Translations under genes and position numbers: made by a program
DNA from: an uncultured Micavibrio sp.
GTDB lineage: Bacteria; Pseudomonadota; Alphaproteobacteria; Micavibrionales; UBA2020
NCBI GenBank assembly: GCA_964534445.1
Contig: CAZHOE010000003.1
Span: forward strand, 469,563-533,562
DNA: 64,000 bases
Reading direction: 5' to 3'
In this document: positions 18,625 to 28,394 of the stretch, piece by piece
Layout of the letters: the number at the start of each line of letters is the position of its first letter
How positions within the stretch are numbered: the stretch's first letter is position 1
The notes under the pieces: model-generated
Told to the model about the DNA's origin: nothing
The model's input: the letters and a program-made list of their open reading frames with translations, nothing else
Database searches by the model: none

Positions 18625-21366
18625 ATGTTTTCACTCGGCGGCATGAGTTTTCTTTTTCCGGCGCTGCTGGGGGCGGTTGCGATTATCCCCGCGCTCTGGT
18701 GGCTGTTGCGGGTGATGCCGCCCAAGCCGCGCGCCGTCAAGTTTCCGGCTTTCTTTTTGCTCAAAGACCTGAAGGCCAATATCCGCACCGCCGCGCGCAC
18801 GCCGTGGTGGCTGCTCTTACTGCGCTCGCTCATCCTGCTTTGTCTTATTCTGGCACTGGCCGAACCGGTGCAGCGGATCAGCGAAGGGCTTGCTGGTCGT
18901 TACGGTTCCGTACTGGTTGTGGTGGATAACGGGTATGCTGCCGCCGCGCAGTGGGAAGCGCGTATGGCGCGGCTTGATGAATTTCTGCCGCAAATCAGCA
19001 GATCGAAGCGATCTGTTCTGTTTCTGCCAACGGCGGGCGATCCGATGGAGGGCAAGGTGCGCTCTTTCGGGCCCATGGATCCCGGGGAGGCACAAAAATT
19101 CCTGTCTCAATTGCGCCCACATCCCTGGCCGGTGAATTACAAGGCGCTGCGCAGCGATCTGGCCGTGCTGCGCACCCAGCATCAGATCAGCCATAGTATT
19201 TTCCTGAGCGACGGAACGACAACGGAGGATCAGCAGGTAGAGGCCTTGATTGCCGATCTGTCCACCCTTGGCGGCCTGACATTGGTGCGCGACGACAGGG
19301 TAAATACGCCCTACATCCTGCGCCGCAATGGCACCGCGACGACCTATCTTGATTTCTCGGTCGAGCGTCTTGTGCCGCTGGGGCTGGATCAGGAAATGAC
19401 GCTGGTCGCCCATGCCTTTGAAGGCAATGTGATCGATGAATATGCCTTTGCGTTTCCCGGTGGATCCACAAAGTTTGAAGTGAAATGGGACGTATTGCCG
19501 GAAATGCGCAACCGCATCGCCCGCGTCAGTCTGCGTCAGGCACCGATGGCATCGGCGGTTTTTATGACGGATTCCCAGTGGCAGCAGCATCCCGTGGGTA
19601 TTGTGTCCGATGGTAAAACAGGTGCAGAAGGTTTTTTGGATGAAACCTATTATCTGAAACGCGCTTTGGAGGCGAACAGCGTGCCGAGCGTGGACACGGT
19701 TGATAATCTGACTTCCCAACCCATGTCCGCCATCATCTGGCCGGACAGCACCGCGCTGACGGCGGTGGAGCGTAATAACCTGATGGAATGGGTAAGAAAC
19801 GGCGGCTTTCTGATCCGCTTTGCAGGGCCGAACCTTGCGGGCAGCCCTGATGATATTTTGCTGCCTGTCAACCTGCGCTACGGCCAGCGCGCGCTGCAAG
19901 GTGCGCTGACATGGGAAAAGCCGCTCAAACTCGGCCCTATTGCCGATCACAGTCCGCTACTGGGTCTCTCGATCCCCGAAGATGTCACGGTATCGCGGCA
20001 GGTGCTGGCCGATGCAACGCCGGAAGTTTTTGAAAGAACATGGCTGCAATTATCGGACGGCACGCCGCTTTTGACCGGCACGCGCACGGGGCAGGGCATG
20101 ATGGTGCTGGTGCATACGACGGCAGGGCCCGAATGGTCGAATTTTTGTTACTCGGGACTTTATGTTGAAATGATGCAACGCCTGATCTCGCTCAGCACCG
20201 GCGCGGCGGATTTTAAAGGGGATCGCATTCTGGCGCCCATGATGGTGCTGGACGGTTTTGGCAAACCTTTTCCGCCCGATGTGAACAGCGCCGTGCAGCC
20301 GATTGATCCGCGGCTGGTCTTTACGCCATCGCCGCAAACGCCGCCGGGTCTGTATGGCGTGAAAAGCCAGTTCAGGGTCTATAACCTCGGCAATGCGTTG
20401 CCGCAGATGCAAAAGCTGGGTACTGTGCCGATGAATGTGATCGAACAGTCCTATGATCTGGCGGGCGAGCATAGTATGAAACCGGATTTCTTCCGGATTG
20501 CCCTTTGGCTTTTGTTATTGGATACGATTATTACCTTGTTCCTGCGCGGTGTTTTGTCCTTTCCCGCTGCTCGTACAGCGGGTGTCGTGATGGCCGCCGT
20601 GCTGATGTTGCAAGCGCCGGCCGCCGCCGCACAAACGGTGGAGCCCGAAGAGCTGATGACCGGCATTTATCTGGCCTATGTTGAAACAGGGGATATGACG
20701 ACCGACCGCATCAGTTATAACGGCCTGATGGGGCTCAAAGACGTTATCAATATGCGTACGAATATCAAGGTCAAGGGCGTACGCGGTGTCAACCCGTCAA
20801 CAGATACGCTTTATTACTACCCTTTTCTTTACTGGCCGATGACAGAGGCGCAGACGGCATTGCCGCCCAGTGCCGCGCGCCAGATTCAAAACTATATGGC
20901 CGAAGGCGGGCTGATTGTGTTTGATACACGCGACCAGCAGTTTGCGAACGATAATAACGCCGCGCATAACGTGACTTCTATCGGCGCGCGCCGCCTGCAG
21001 ATTTTGACGCAAAATTTGCAGATATCCGAACTGATGGCGGTTGAACAAGGGCATATCCTGACTAAGAGTTTTTATCTGCTGGATACCTTCCCGGGGCGTT
21101 TCAGCGGCGGCAAGCTATGGGTGGAAAAAGAACCCAGCGCCAGTCATGACGGCGTGACCGGTGTGATGATCGGCGGGAATGACTGGGCTTCGGCCTGGTC
21201 AAATGCACCGGAAGACCGCGCAAAACTGCAACAAAGCGGCATTTCCCTGCGCCAGCGTGAAATGGCGCTGCGCTTTGGTGTTAATCTTGCCATGACGGCG
21301 CTGTCCGGCAATTACAAGGCGGATCAGATCCACGTGCCCTATATTTTGCAAAGGATGAAGAAATGA
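18625..21366 (+). CDS. membrane protein with BatA-type N-terminal domain and C-terminal DUF4159-like domain
   Basis: N-terminus LFPALLGAVAIIPALWWLLRVMPP (aerotolerance-regulator N-terminal motif). C-terminal YYYPFLYWP...GGLIVFDTRD...GGNDWASAW resembles DUF4159. Confidence 0.7.
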   Translation: MFSLGGMSFLFPALLGAVAIIPALWWLLRVMPPKPRAVKFPAFFLLKDLKANIRTAARTPWWLLLLRSLILLCLILALAEPVQRISEGLAGRYGSVLVVVDNGYAAAAQWEARMARLDEFLPQISRSKRSVLFLPTAGDPMEGKVRSFGPMDPGEAQKFLSQLRPHPWPVNYKALRSDLAVLRTQHQISHSIFLSDGTTTEDQQVEALIADLSTLGGLTLVRDDRVNTPYILRRNGTATTYLDFSVERLVPLGLDQEMTLVAHAFEGNVIDEYAFAFPGGSTKFEVKWDVLPEMRNRIARVSLRQAPMASAVFMTDSQWQQHPVGIVSDGKTGAEGFLDETYYLKRALEANSVPSVDTVDNLTSQPMSAIIWPDSTALTAVERNNLMEWVRNGGFLIRFAGPNLAGSPDDILLPVNLRYGQRALQGALTWEKPLKLGPIADHSPLLGLSIPEDVTVSRQVLADATPEVFERTWLQLSDGTPLLTGTRTGQGMMVLVHTTAGPEWSNFCYSGLYVEMMQRLISLSTGAADFKGDRILAPMMVLDGFGKPFPPDVNSAVQPIDPRLVFTPSPQTPPGLYGVKSQFRVYNLGNALPQMQKLGTVPMNVIEQSYDLAGEHSMKPDFFRIALWLLLLDTIITLFLRGVLSFPAARTAGVVMAAVLMLQAPAAAAQTVEPEELMTGIYLAYVETGDMTTDRISYNGLMGLKDVINMRTNIKVKGVRGVNPSTDTLYYYPFLYWPMTEAQTALPPSAARQIQNYMAEGGLIVFDTRDQQFANDNNAAHNVTSIGARRLQILTQNLQISELMAVEQGHILTKSFYLLDTFPGRFSGGKLWVEKEPSASHDGVTGVMIGGNDWASAWSNAPEDRAKLQQSGISLRQREMALRFGVNLAMTALSGNYKADQIHVPYILQRMKK

Positions 21367-23447
21367 CGACATCCTTTCAGTGGTTTCCGCTGCTGTCGAC
21401 TTTTTATTACGTTTTTCTGTCCGTACTGGCACTGGCGGTTATTACGCTGGCCGTCTGGAAGCGCGCGCCGGACGCATCGTGGCGCGGGGCGTTCTGCCTG
21501 TTGCTGATTTTCCTGTTGCTGAACCCTGTGGTGATGAAGGAAGAGCGCAAATCCTTGCCGGATAAGCTGGTGATTGTGGTGGATGAATCCTCCAGCCAGC
21601 GCATTGCGGGGCGTGATAGGGTAGCAGAGCAGGCTTTGCAGCGTATAACCGAAGAAGCCAAAAAAATGCAGGGGATGGAGCCGATTGTGCTGCGCGCCGC
21701 GCACCGCGATACGCAAGGCGGAAAGGGAGAGACGACAGAGCTTTTCACCCAGCTGCGCGAGAATATGATCAGCATTCCGCTTTCGCAAGTCGCGGGCACG
21801 GTCTTTATTACGGATGGCCAAGTGCATGATGTGCCCGATACGCTCGGCCCATTGTCGCGCTTCGGGCCTTTCCATGTCGTGCTGACCGGCAAGAAAGACG
21901 AGTTTGACCGCAAAGTCACCATCGTGGCCGCCCCCAAATACGGCGTTTTGGAAGAAGAAATCCGGATGACGGTGCGGGTTGACGAATTCGGCCGCAGCCA
22001 GCGCGAAATGCTGCCGATGACGGTTTATCAAGACGGCGAGCTGGTCGCGGAAACATCTCTGCTCGCCGATGAAACGCGGGATTTTACCTTCACGGTCAAA
22101 CACCCCGGGCAGAATATTTTTGAATTCAAAATTCCCGTCGCAGAAGGGGAAATGACCCCGCATAACAATACGGCACCTGTTATTGTCAACGGTATTCGTG
22201 ACCGTTTGCGCGTCCTGCTGGTATCCGATGCGCCGCATATGGGCAAGCGCGCGTGGCGTAATCTTTTGAAATCGGATCCTGCCATTGATCTGGTGCATTT
22301 CGCAATTTTGCGCCCGCCAGCGGCCATCGACAACACGCCGAGCCATGAAATGTCGCTGATTGCCTTTCCTGTGGACGAGCTTTTTAACCGTCGCATTCGC
22401 GATTTTGACCTGATCATTTTTGACCGCTATCAACAGTTCGGTTTGCTGTTGCCGCATTACTTCCAGAACATTGCCGATTTTATTCGTGACGGCGGCGCCT
22501 TCCTGATGGCACTGGGCACGGATAACGACAATATGATCCTGTATCGCAGCGCGATGGGCAAGGTGCTGCCCGCACGGCCCGATAACGAGCTGAAAGCCAC
22601 CATTCTGGACGATACCTTCACGCCGCGTCTGACCGAAGACGGCAAAACCCACCCGATCACTGCGGATATGAAGGCCGGCGATGAAGCCGGGCGGTGGGGC
22701 AAATGGTTTACTTCCGCCAAAATTAACAAAACTAGCGGAACGACACTCATGAACGGCGTGGATGATACGCCGTTGCTGGTCGTGGATCGTGTGGACAAGG
22801 GGCGCGTGGCCGTGTTGGGCAGCGATAACATATGGCTCTGGGCGAAGGGCAAAAAGACGGCGGGGCCTTATACGGAATTGCTGCGCAATCTTGCGCACTG
22901 GCTGATGAAGGAGCCGGAGCTGGAAGAGGATTATATCAAGGCCGAAGCAAACGGCTTTACGATCAAGGTCAGCCAGCGTGATATCGGTGATGATCCCAAG
23001 GTGGCGGAAATGACAACGCCGGCAGGCGAGACATCGACCATCACGCTGGATAAAAAAGAAGACGGCTGGGTGACCTCTTTGCAGCAGGTGGAGCAGAACG
23101 GCATTTACCGCTTCAGCAACGGCAAGCGTCAGGCTTACGTGATTGTAGGCACCGCGATGAACGAGGAATTCGCCAATGTGCGCACCACGCCGGAGACATT
23201 AAAACCGGTTGTGGAAGCCACAGGCGGCGGGATCATCTGGTTTTCGCAAACGCCGGATCTGACCTTGAAAACCATCGGCAAGGGCGGCCGCAATGCGGGT
23301 GGGGATGACTGGATCGGTGTGACACGCAACGATGCTTACACGGTTGAAAGCGTCAGCAGCCACACACTTTTGCCAAACGGCCTGTTTCTGGCGATTCTGA
23401 TGATCGGAATGATCGGCGTCTGGTGGCGCGAAAGTGGTAATAAATAA
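21363..23447 (+). CDS. large membrane-anchored protein of the DUF58/BatA operon
   Basis: The start overlaps the upstream stop. N-terminal and C-terminal TM helices. Operon position matches the conserved fourth gene of alphaproteobacterial MoxR-DUF58 clusters. No catalytic motif recognised. Confidence 0.6.
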   Translation: MTTSFQWFPLLSTFYYVFLSVLALAVITLAVWKRAPDASWRGAFCLLLIFLLLNPVVMKEERKSLPDKLVIVVDESSSQRIAGRDRVAEQALQRITEEAKKMQGMEPIVLRAAHRDTQGGKGETTELFTQLRENMISIPLSQVAGTVFITDGQVHDVPDTLGPLSRFGPFHVVLTGKKDEFDRKVTIVAAPKYGVLEEEIRMTVRVDEFGRSQREMLPMTVYQDGELVAETSLLADETRDFTFTVKHPGQNIFEFKIPVAEGEMTPHNNTAPVIVNGIRDRLRVLLVSDAPHMGKRAWRNLLKSDPAIDLVHFAILRPPAAIDNTPSHEMSLIAFPVDELFNRRIRDFDLIIFDRYQQFGLLLPHYFQNIADFIRDGGAFLMALGTDNDNMILYRSAMGKVLPARPDNELKATILDDTFTPRLTEDGKTHPITADMKAGDEAGRWGKWFTSAKINKTSGTTLMNGVDDTPLLVVDRVDKGRVAVLGSDNIWLWAKGKKTAGPYTELLRNLAHWLMKEPELEEDYIKAEANGFTIKVSQRDIGDDPKVAEMTTPAGETSTITLDKKEDGWVTSLQQVEQNGIYRFSNGKRQAYVIVGTAMNEEFANVRTTPETLKPVVEATGGGIIWFSQTPDLTLKTIGKGGRNAGGDDWIGVTRNDAYTVESVSSHTLLPNGLFLAILMIGMIGVWWRESGNK

Positions 23448-23486
23448 TTAAAAATCAAATACTTAATGGTGTACATCATTACTTGT

Positions 23487-23516
23487 TTGACTTTCCCCCT
23501 GCGTATTCCCTAGAAT
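23487..23516 (+). promoter_or_regulatory. sigma70-like promoter (TTGACT-N18-TAGAAT)
   Basis: Hexamers at 23487-23492 and 23511-23516, in an otherwise gene-free 390-bp gap. Confidence 0.35.
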
Positions 23517-23563
23517 AACCCCACGTCATTATTAAAATTAAATGATCGCGGGGAATAAATAAA

Positions 23564-23683
23564 ATGAGCATGAAAGCGAAATTGGGTCAGCCTCCTTCGA
23601 AGAACCAACCGTTCGTGCCCGGCTCTCCTGCGAAACAGCCGGTGAAACCGACCGATCAAGGTCCTGCAGCCCCGACGAAGTAA
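23564..23683 (+). CDS. candidate 39-aa Pro/Lys-rich micro-protein
   Basis: ATG 9 nt after gggga. Product MSMKAKLGQPPSKNQPFVPGSPAKQPVKPTDQGPAAPTK. Lies downstream of the predicted promoter. Below the ORF-track size cutoff. Confidence 0.25.
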   Translation: MSMKAKLGQPPSKNQPFVPGSPAKQPVKPTDQGPAAPTK

Positions 23684-23836
23684 TCGCGTCTGCCTATTCC
23701 CCACAATTTGAAAATCCAAACCGTATTTTTCTCAAAGTCCGCGCAGGCTTCTTCTATGTCTTGGCAAGAAGAGGGCCTCTGTTGAATCCCGTCCTGTGCA
23801 AAGCAGGGCATCGGCAGGCGATGCGTTGACCAGAGA

Positions 23837-25771
23837 TTATTTAATATCCAGCACCGTGCGCGCGGGTTCGCCAAACTGCAGGCGATACATATAGTATGAC
23901 TCCATCACACGCTGTACGTAGTTGCGTGTTTCATAGATGGGGATTTGTTCGATCCAGTCGATCAGATCTGTTTTACGATCGCGCGGATCGCCGAATTCCT
24001 CAATCCAGCTGCTGACGCGGCCGGGGCCTGCGTTATAGGCCGCGATCGCCATCGGATAAAACCCGTCATAGCGGCGGATCAATTCCTGCAGATAGGTAGA
24101 GCCGAGCAGTACGTTAAATCTCGCATCCAGCATCAGTTTTTCGGCGCTGTATCCTTCCCCTGTTTTGCGCGCCATATCGCGCGCCGTGCCGGGCATAAGC
24201 TGCATCAGGCCGCGCGCGCCCGCAGGGCTCACCGCCAGCGTATTAAACATGCTCTCACGGTGAATAATCGCGTGCACCAATGATTTTTCAGGCGCCTGCA
24301 GCGGCAGCGGCGGCAGGACGGGATACCCTTCGACGGGCATGAAAAGTCCTTCGTTCGTCTGAATATCCTTGTTGGCCTGTACGGCGTAATAGAAGCGGCC
24401 CGTTTCGCGTGCAAGGCGGGCGACGAGAACGTAGTCCTCCGGCGTTTTGGCATCCAGCAGCAAACGGGCAAGGAAGGGATCGAGAAACTGTGTCAACCCC
24501 GCCGCATGCAGCATCCGAACGACACGCACGGTTTCTCTGGCGACAAAAGCCTGCGCTTTTTCCTCCGTGACCACGGGGTCACGAAAGGCGCCGGGTTTGG
24601 CTGCGCCATAAAGCTTGGCATAGCTGAGCTGGCCGTAGAAAGTGGAGGTATAGGCAGCCGCCTTTCGGTGCCACGCCTGCGCGAGAACGCCATCCGGCAG
24701 TGCTTCGGCGGCGCGCGCGGCCCAATAAGAGGCACGCGCCTTGCTGATGGCAGCGTTAACCTTATCATGCAGCTTGATGAAGCGGGGTAAAGCCTTGCCG
24801 GGCTGTTTCAGAAAGCGGAGTTCAATCCAGCCCAACAGCCATTCGGCCTGCGCATAACCACTGCCTTCGGACATTTTGTGTTTTTGAATAATGTTATAAG
24901 CGCCGTGATAGTCTTTTGCCTCCAGCTTGCGGCGGGCAAGAATATTCATTTCGCGCCACCAGGCGGCCGGCTCGGCAGGTGCGGCGGGTTTCTGCGCCAG
25001 CATTTCAAGCGCGCCGCTGTCCATGCCGCGCATGCGGCGCCAGCGCATGCGTTCGAAAGTGACGCCCTCATCTTGCAGCTGCGCCGGCGTCAGGTTCTGG
25101 ACAAGTGTGCTGGCATTCGGCTTGTTTTGCGCCAGTGCAAGGCGGGCGGCGGCGAGGGTGCGATTGTTTGCGGAAACAAAGGGCAGCAATGCTTCTGCTT
25201 CGCTATAGCGACTCTCCCAGATCATGCGGTTCAGGCGCTTTTCATGATCATCCGCGTTCAGGATGCGGGGATAGATACCGATAAGGCTAACGGTATCTTT
25301 TTTGGTAAGCACGGCGTGCTCCCAGAAAGATTTCAGGGCATGTTTTGCACGGTCTTGTTGTTGTGTGGCCATCAGGGCGCGGATATAGGCCTTGATCCCG
25401 TCGGCGGTTTCGGGCGGGTTTTCGTTGAACCATGTGATGGTATTGGCAGGGGTGATGGTATCGCCGATGTTTTGTTCGATCTTCAGGCGAATAGTATGCA
25501 GGCGCGGCCAGTCTTTGTTATTGCGCGTGAAGTTGATCAGATCCGGCGCATGAATGGGCAGCTTACTTTCGGTGGCATAAAGCCAGACGAGCAGCTTGCG
25601 CGCCAGCGGATCCTGCCGCTGGGCGAGAAGAAGGTCGGTACTTTTTTGCAGTTCTTGCGGCGTTGCATCGGCGTGCAACGGCTGCGGCGCCCCAAAACAG
25701 ACGACCATGAGGGACAAAACGCCGCAAAACAGAGGGAAAAAGCTCTTTAAAGCGGTCTTTCGGGCGGACAT
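23837..25771 (-). CDS. slt: soluble lytic murein transglycosylase (Slt70 family)
   Basis: Start chosen at MSARKTALKSFFPLFCGVLSLMVV (signal peptide). Superhelical U-domain followed by an SLT catalytic block (IIHRESMFN...GLMQLMPGTA...AYNAGPGRV). Confidence 0.85.
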   Translation of the reverse strand: MSARKTALKSFFPLFCGVLSLMVVCFGAPQPLHADATPQELQKSTDLLLAQRQDPLARKLLVWLYATESKLPIHAPDLINFTRNNKDWPRLHTIRLKIEQNIGDTITPANTITWFNENPPETADGIKAYIRALMATQQQDRAKHALKSFWEHAVLTKKDTVSLIGIYPRILNADDHEKRLNRMIWESRYSEAEALLPFVSANNRTLAAARLALAQNKPNASTLVQNLTPAQLQDEGVTFERMRWRRMRGMDSGALEMLAQKPAAPAEPAAWWREMNILARRKLEAKDYHGAYNIIQKHKMSEGSGYAQAEWLLGWIELRFLKQPGKALPRFIKLHDKVNAAISKARASYWAARAAEALPDGVLAQAWHRKAAAYTSTFYGQLSYAKLYGAAKPGAFRDPVVTEEKAQAFVARETVRVVRMLHAAGLTQFLDPFLARLLLDAKTPEDYVLVARLARETGRFYYAVQANKDIQTNEGLFMPVEGYPVLPPLPLQAPEKSLVHAIIHRESMFNTLAVSPAGARGLMQLMPGTARDMARKTGEGYSAEKLMLDARFNVLLGSTYLQELIRRYDGFYPMAIAAYNAGPGRVSSWIEEFGDPRDRKTDLIDWIEQIPIYETRNYVQRVMESYYMYRLQFGEPARTVLDIK

Positions 25772-25831
25772 CGTCTTGCCCGCCGCCGTTTGTGCGGTTA
25801 AAGTGGGGGGCATTTGCCAAGGAGAATAAAA

Positions 25832-26719
25832 ATGGCTCAAAAGAAATTTCATGGTTCCTGCGTTGCGCTGGTCACCCCTTTTAAAAAGGGGAAGGTAGAT
25901 CTGGATGCGTTTCAAAAGCTTGTCGAGTGGCACATTGCCAGCGGGACTCATGGTGTTGTTCCTTGCGGTACGACGGGTGAAACACCGACCTTGTCCGACA
26001 GCGAGCACAAATCCCTGATCGTAGCCTGTGTCGAGGCGGCGGCAGGACGCGTGCCCGTGATGGCGGGCGCCGGGTCGAATGCGACCGACAAGGCTCTGGA
26101 ACTTGCGCGCTTTGCCGAGAAAAGCGGCGCTGACGGTATTCTAGTCGTAACCCCCTATTATAACAAGCCCAGCCAGGAGGGGATGTATCAACATTACAAA
26201 ACCCTGAACGACAAGCAGGGTTTGCCGGTGATTTTGTATAACGTACCGGGGCGTACGGGCGTGGAACTTTCTGTCGAGACGGTCATTCGTCTGGCGGCGT
26301 TAAAGCGCATTGTGGCGATCAAGGATGCCTCGGTCGACCTGTCGCGTCCGCTGCAGATCCGCCGCGCACTGGGGGATGACTTCATCCAGTTGTCGGGCGA
26401 AGACGGCACGGTTGCCGCCTATCTGGCGCAGGGCGGGCACGGCTGCATTTCCGTGACGGCCAACGTGGCGCCAAAGCTCTGCGCACAGCTGCACAACAGC
26501 TGGCAGAAAAAGGACTGGAAAACCTTTACCAAGGTGCGCGATGCGCTGATGCCGCTGCACAAAACGCTGTTTGCGGAGACCAACCCGTCGCCGGCAAAGT
26601 ACTGTCTGTCAAAAATGGGTAAAATTGAAAATTCTCTGCGTTTGCCGCTGTTGCCCGTAACGGCAACAACGCGCAAATTGCTGGATGCCGCCATGAAAGA
26701 GGCGGGTGTAAAAAAGTAA
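25832..26719 (+). CDS. dapA: 4-hydroxy-tetrahydrodipicolinate synthase
   Basis: FHGSCVALVTPF, GTTGE, YNKP and YNVPGRT motifs. aggaga SD before the ATG at 25832. Confidence 0.95.
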   Translation: MAQKKFHGSCVALVTPFKKGKVDLDAFQKLVEWHIASGTHGVVPCGTTGETPTLSDSEHKSLIVACVEAAAGRVPVMAGAGSNATDKALELARFAEKSGADGILVVTPYYNKPSQEGMYQHYKTLNDKQGLPVILYNVPGRTGVELSVETVIRLAALKRIVAIKDASVDLSRPLQIRRALGDDFIQLSGEDGTVAAYLAQGGHGCISVTANVAPKLCAQLHNSWQKKDWKTFTKVRDALMPLHKTLFAETNPSPAKYCLSKMGKIENSLRLPLLPVTATTRKLLDAAMKEAGVKK

Positions 26720-26730
26720 GCTGATAAAGT

Positions 26731-27225
26731 ATGGCCGGAAAGAATAAAAATGCTGGCAAAGCCGATGCCAATAACAAGACCGTCGCCCAGAACCGCAGGG
26801 CGCGGTTTGACTACTTTATCGAAGAAACGCTGGAGGCAGGGATTGTCCTGACGGGGACCGAAGTAAAATCCCTGCGCGCGGGACAAGCCAGCATAAATGA
26901 AAGCTACGCCGGTGTGCAGGGCAGCCAGATTGTGCTCGTCAATGCCTATATCCCTGAATACAACAAGGCGCATGTGAAGCTGCAACATGAGGTGCGCCGC
27001 CCGCGTCAACTGCTGCTGCATAAAAACCAGATGAATAAATTGATCGGCGCCGTGCAGCGTAAGGGAACGACCCTGATCCCGCTGTCGATTTATTTTAATC
27101 ACCGCGGGATTGCGAAGGTGGAGCTGGGGATTGCGACAGGCAAGAAGCAGCACGACAAGCGCGAAACGATCAAGACCCGCGACTGGCAGCGCGAAAAATC
27201 ACGCTTGATGCGTGAAAAGGGTTAA
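26731..27225 (+). CDS. smpB: SsrA-binding protein
   Basis: [29 protein letters not shown] and the basic tail [17 protein letters not shown]. Confidence 0.95.
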   Translation: MAGKNKNAGKADANNKTVAQNRRARFDYFIEETLEAGIVLTGTEVKSLRAGQASINESYAGVQGSQIVLVNAYIPEYNKAHVKLQHEVRRPRQLLLHKNQMNKLIGAVQRKGTTLIPLSIYFNHRGIAKVELGIATGKKQHDKRETIKTRDWQREKSRLMREKG

Positions 27226-27548
27226 TAAGACGGGCGCAGGCCCTTGTACTGCCGCATTGCGGGCTGTTGTTCCGCTTTCTTTTTTCTTTCCATACGTGCG
27301 TCCGCTTCTTTGAAGCTGTGTTTGGCGTCTTCTTGTGTTGTAATCCAAAAGCCGTCCTCCGGCACGGTAGGCTTGCGCTGGCGATCTTCGATAACGGCGC
27401 GCTCGTAACCGATCATGATATAATAAGCAGCGCGCGGTGAAGCTTTGCTCTCAAACGCGCGATTGATATATTCATGATACATGCGTGACTGGCGTTCCAG
27501 CTGGTCTTTTTGTTCTTTGAAATGCCTGTAGGAATAATAGGGATCCAT
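27222..27548 (-). CDS. small hypothetical protein, DGFW[IV]T family member (108 aa)
   Basis: SD aagggg 7 nt upstream of the ATG. Contains IMIGY...[10 protein letters not shown] followed by a Lys/Glu-rich tail. Only long ORF in this interval. Confidence 0.5.
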   Translation of the reverse strand: MDPYYSYRHFKEQKDQLERQSRMYHEYINRAFESKASPRAAYYIMIGYERAVIEDRQRKPTVPEDGFWITTQEDAKHSFKEADARMERKKKAEQQPAMRQYKGLRPSY

Positions 27549-27566
27549 GATCCAGCCCCTTGTGCG

Positions 27567-27812
27567 TTAATCGAAAATAATGGCGCCGGATTTACCATCG
27601 GGCAGAAGGCGATAGGTTACTTTTGCAAAGGGGCTTTCGGCCAGAATTTTCTGACCGCGACTTTCCATTTCAGCCTGCGTTGCGAAACTGACCCGCAAGG
27701 TGATCAGCGCCGTGTTTTTCTGACCGCGTGTGATCCAGAAACCGTCGGCGTCAGCGACGGGCGCTGCGGACACGTTTTTTTGAAAGCGATTAAAAAGGAT
27801 CATCATTTTCAT
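27567..27812 (-). CDS. small hypothetical protein, DGFW[IV]T family member (81 aa from ATG 27812)
   Basis: MKMMILFNRFQKNVSAAPVADADGFWITRGQ.... The ATG is 11 nt after the stop of the preceding small ORF, so re-initiation is possible. No own SD. Confidence 0.45.
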   Translation of the reverse strand: MKMMILFNRFQKNVSAAPVADADGFWITRGQKNTALITLRVSFATQAEMESRGQKILAESPFAKVTYRLLPDGKSGAIIFD

Positions 27813-27823
27813 GGCGGGTGGTG

Positions 27824-27985
27824 TCAAAGGCAGGGATTGGTTGTTATGCGGCCGCAGGATTTACAGGCGCGTGCGGCAGCTGGCGGTGGCTTGGTTTCAT
27901 CTTCAATTTTGACGGCAATCGTGCGGCGTATAGATTCATAAGGTGTGTATTTCGGGCTGCCGGCTGTCCAGAAGGCGTCTTTCAT
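27824..27985 (-). CDS. small hypothetical protein, truncated DGFW-family member (53 aa)
   Basis: MKDAFWTAGSPKYTPYESIRR.... Below the track cutoff. Preceded by a consensus-like promoter with a 32-nt leader. Confidence 0.35.
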   Translation of the reverse strand: MKDAFWTAGSPKYTPYESIRRTIAVKIEDETKPPPAAARACKSCGRITTNPCL

Positions 27986-28023
27986 TGAAATCGTCCGTTG
28001 TCCTGTTCGTGAAAAGAATGCGG

Positions 28024-28052
28024 ATATTAGACATAACCTAAGTGCCTGTCAA
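28024..28052 (-). promoter_or_regulatory. sigma70-like promoter (TTGACA-N17-TAATAT, minus strand)
   Basis: Forward tgtcaa at 28047-28052 and atatta at 28024-28029. Lies in the 95-nt gap between family members. Confidence 0.45.
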
Positions 28053-28080
28053 GGAAGGGGGAGCGGCTGTTCACGCAGAT

Positions 28081-28314
28081 TTAATAAAAGATGGTCAGGC
28101 CGCCACTGCGATATGTGCGCTCGGTCTTTGGCTTTTTCGCCTCTTCTTCACGCCGGTGCTGATCGGCAATATCTTTTTGGATCGTATTAAGGTGACTGGC
28201 GACCGTGCTGCTTGTGACCCAGAAACCGTCGGCGACTGCCGAAGGGGCGCGGCGCTCCGGCGTTGCTTGGTTGAAGGTGTCGCTGATGTAACCGTCGATG
28301 ATGATCATAGCCAT
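28081..28314 (-). CDS. small hypothetical protein, DGFW[IV]T family member (77 aa from ATG 28314)
   Basis: MAMIIIDGYISDTFNQATPERRAPSAVADGFWVTSS... with a Lys/Glu/Arg-rich tail. SD aaggga upstream. Confidence 0.5.
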   Translation of the reverse strand: MAMIIIDGYISDTFNQATPERRAPSAVADGFWVTSSTVASHLNTIQKDIADQHRREEEAKKPKTERTYRSGGLTIFY

Positions 28315-28333
28315 GTTTCTTTCCCTTGGCATC

Positions 28334-28362
28334 TTTATGGCAATAAAAACCGGGTTTGTCAA
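28334..28362 (-). promoter_or_regulatory. sigma70-like promoter (TTGACA-N17-CATAAA, minus strand)
   Basis: Forward tgtcaa at 28357-28362 and tttatg at 28334-28339. Immediately downstream of the recA terminator. Confidence 0.4.
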
Positions 28363-28394
28363 ATATTGCCGGACGGGATTTACAACCAATTGAA

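Noticed and set aside
21339-22898. 519-aa minus-strand ORF antisense to the 21363-23447 membrane-protein gene
   Set aside because: Arg/His/Gln-rich shadow frame. The plus-strand gene is supported by operon coupling (start/stop overlap) and TM topology.
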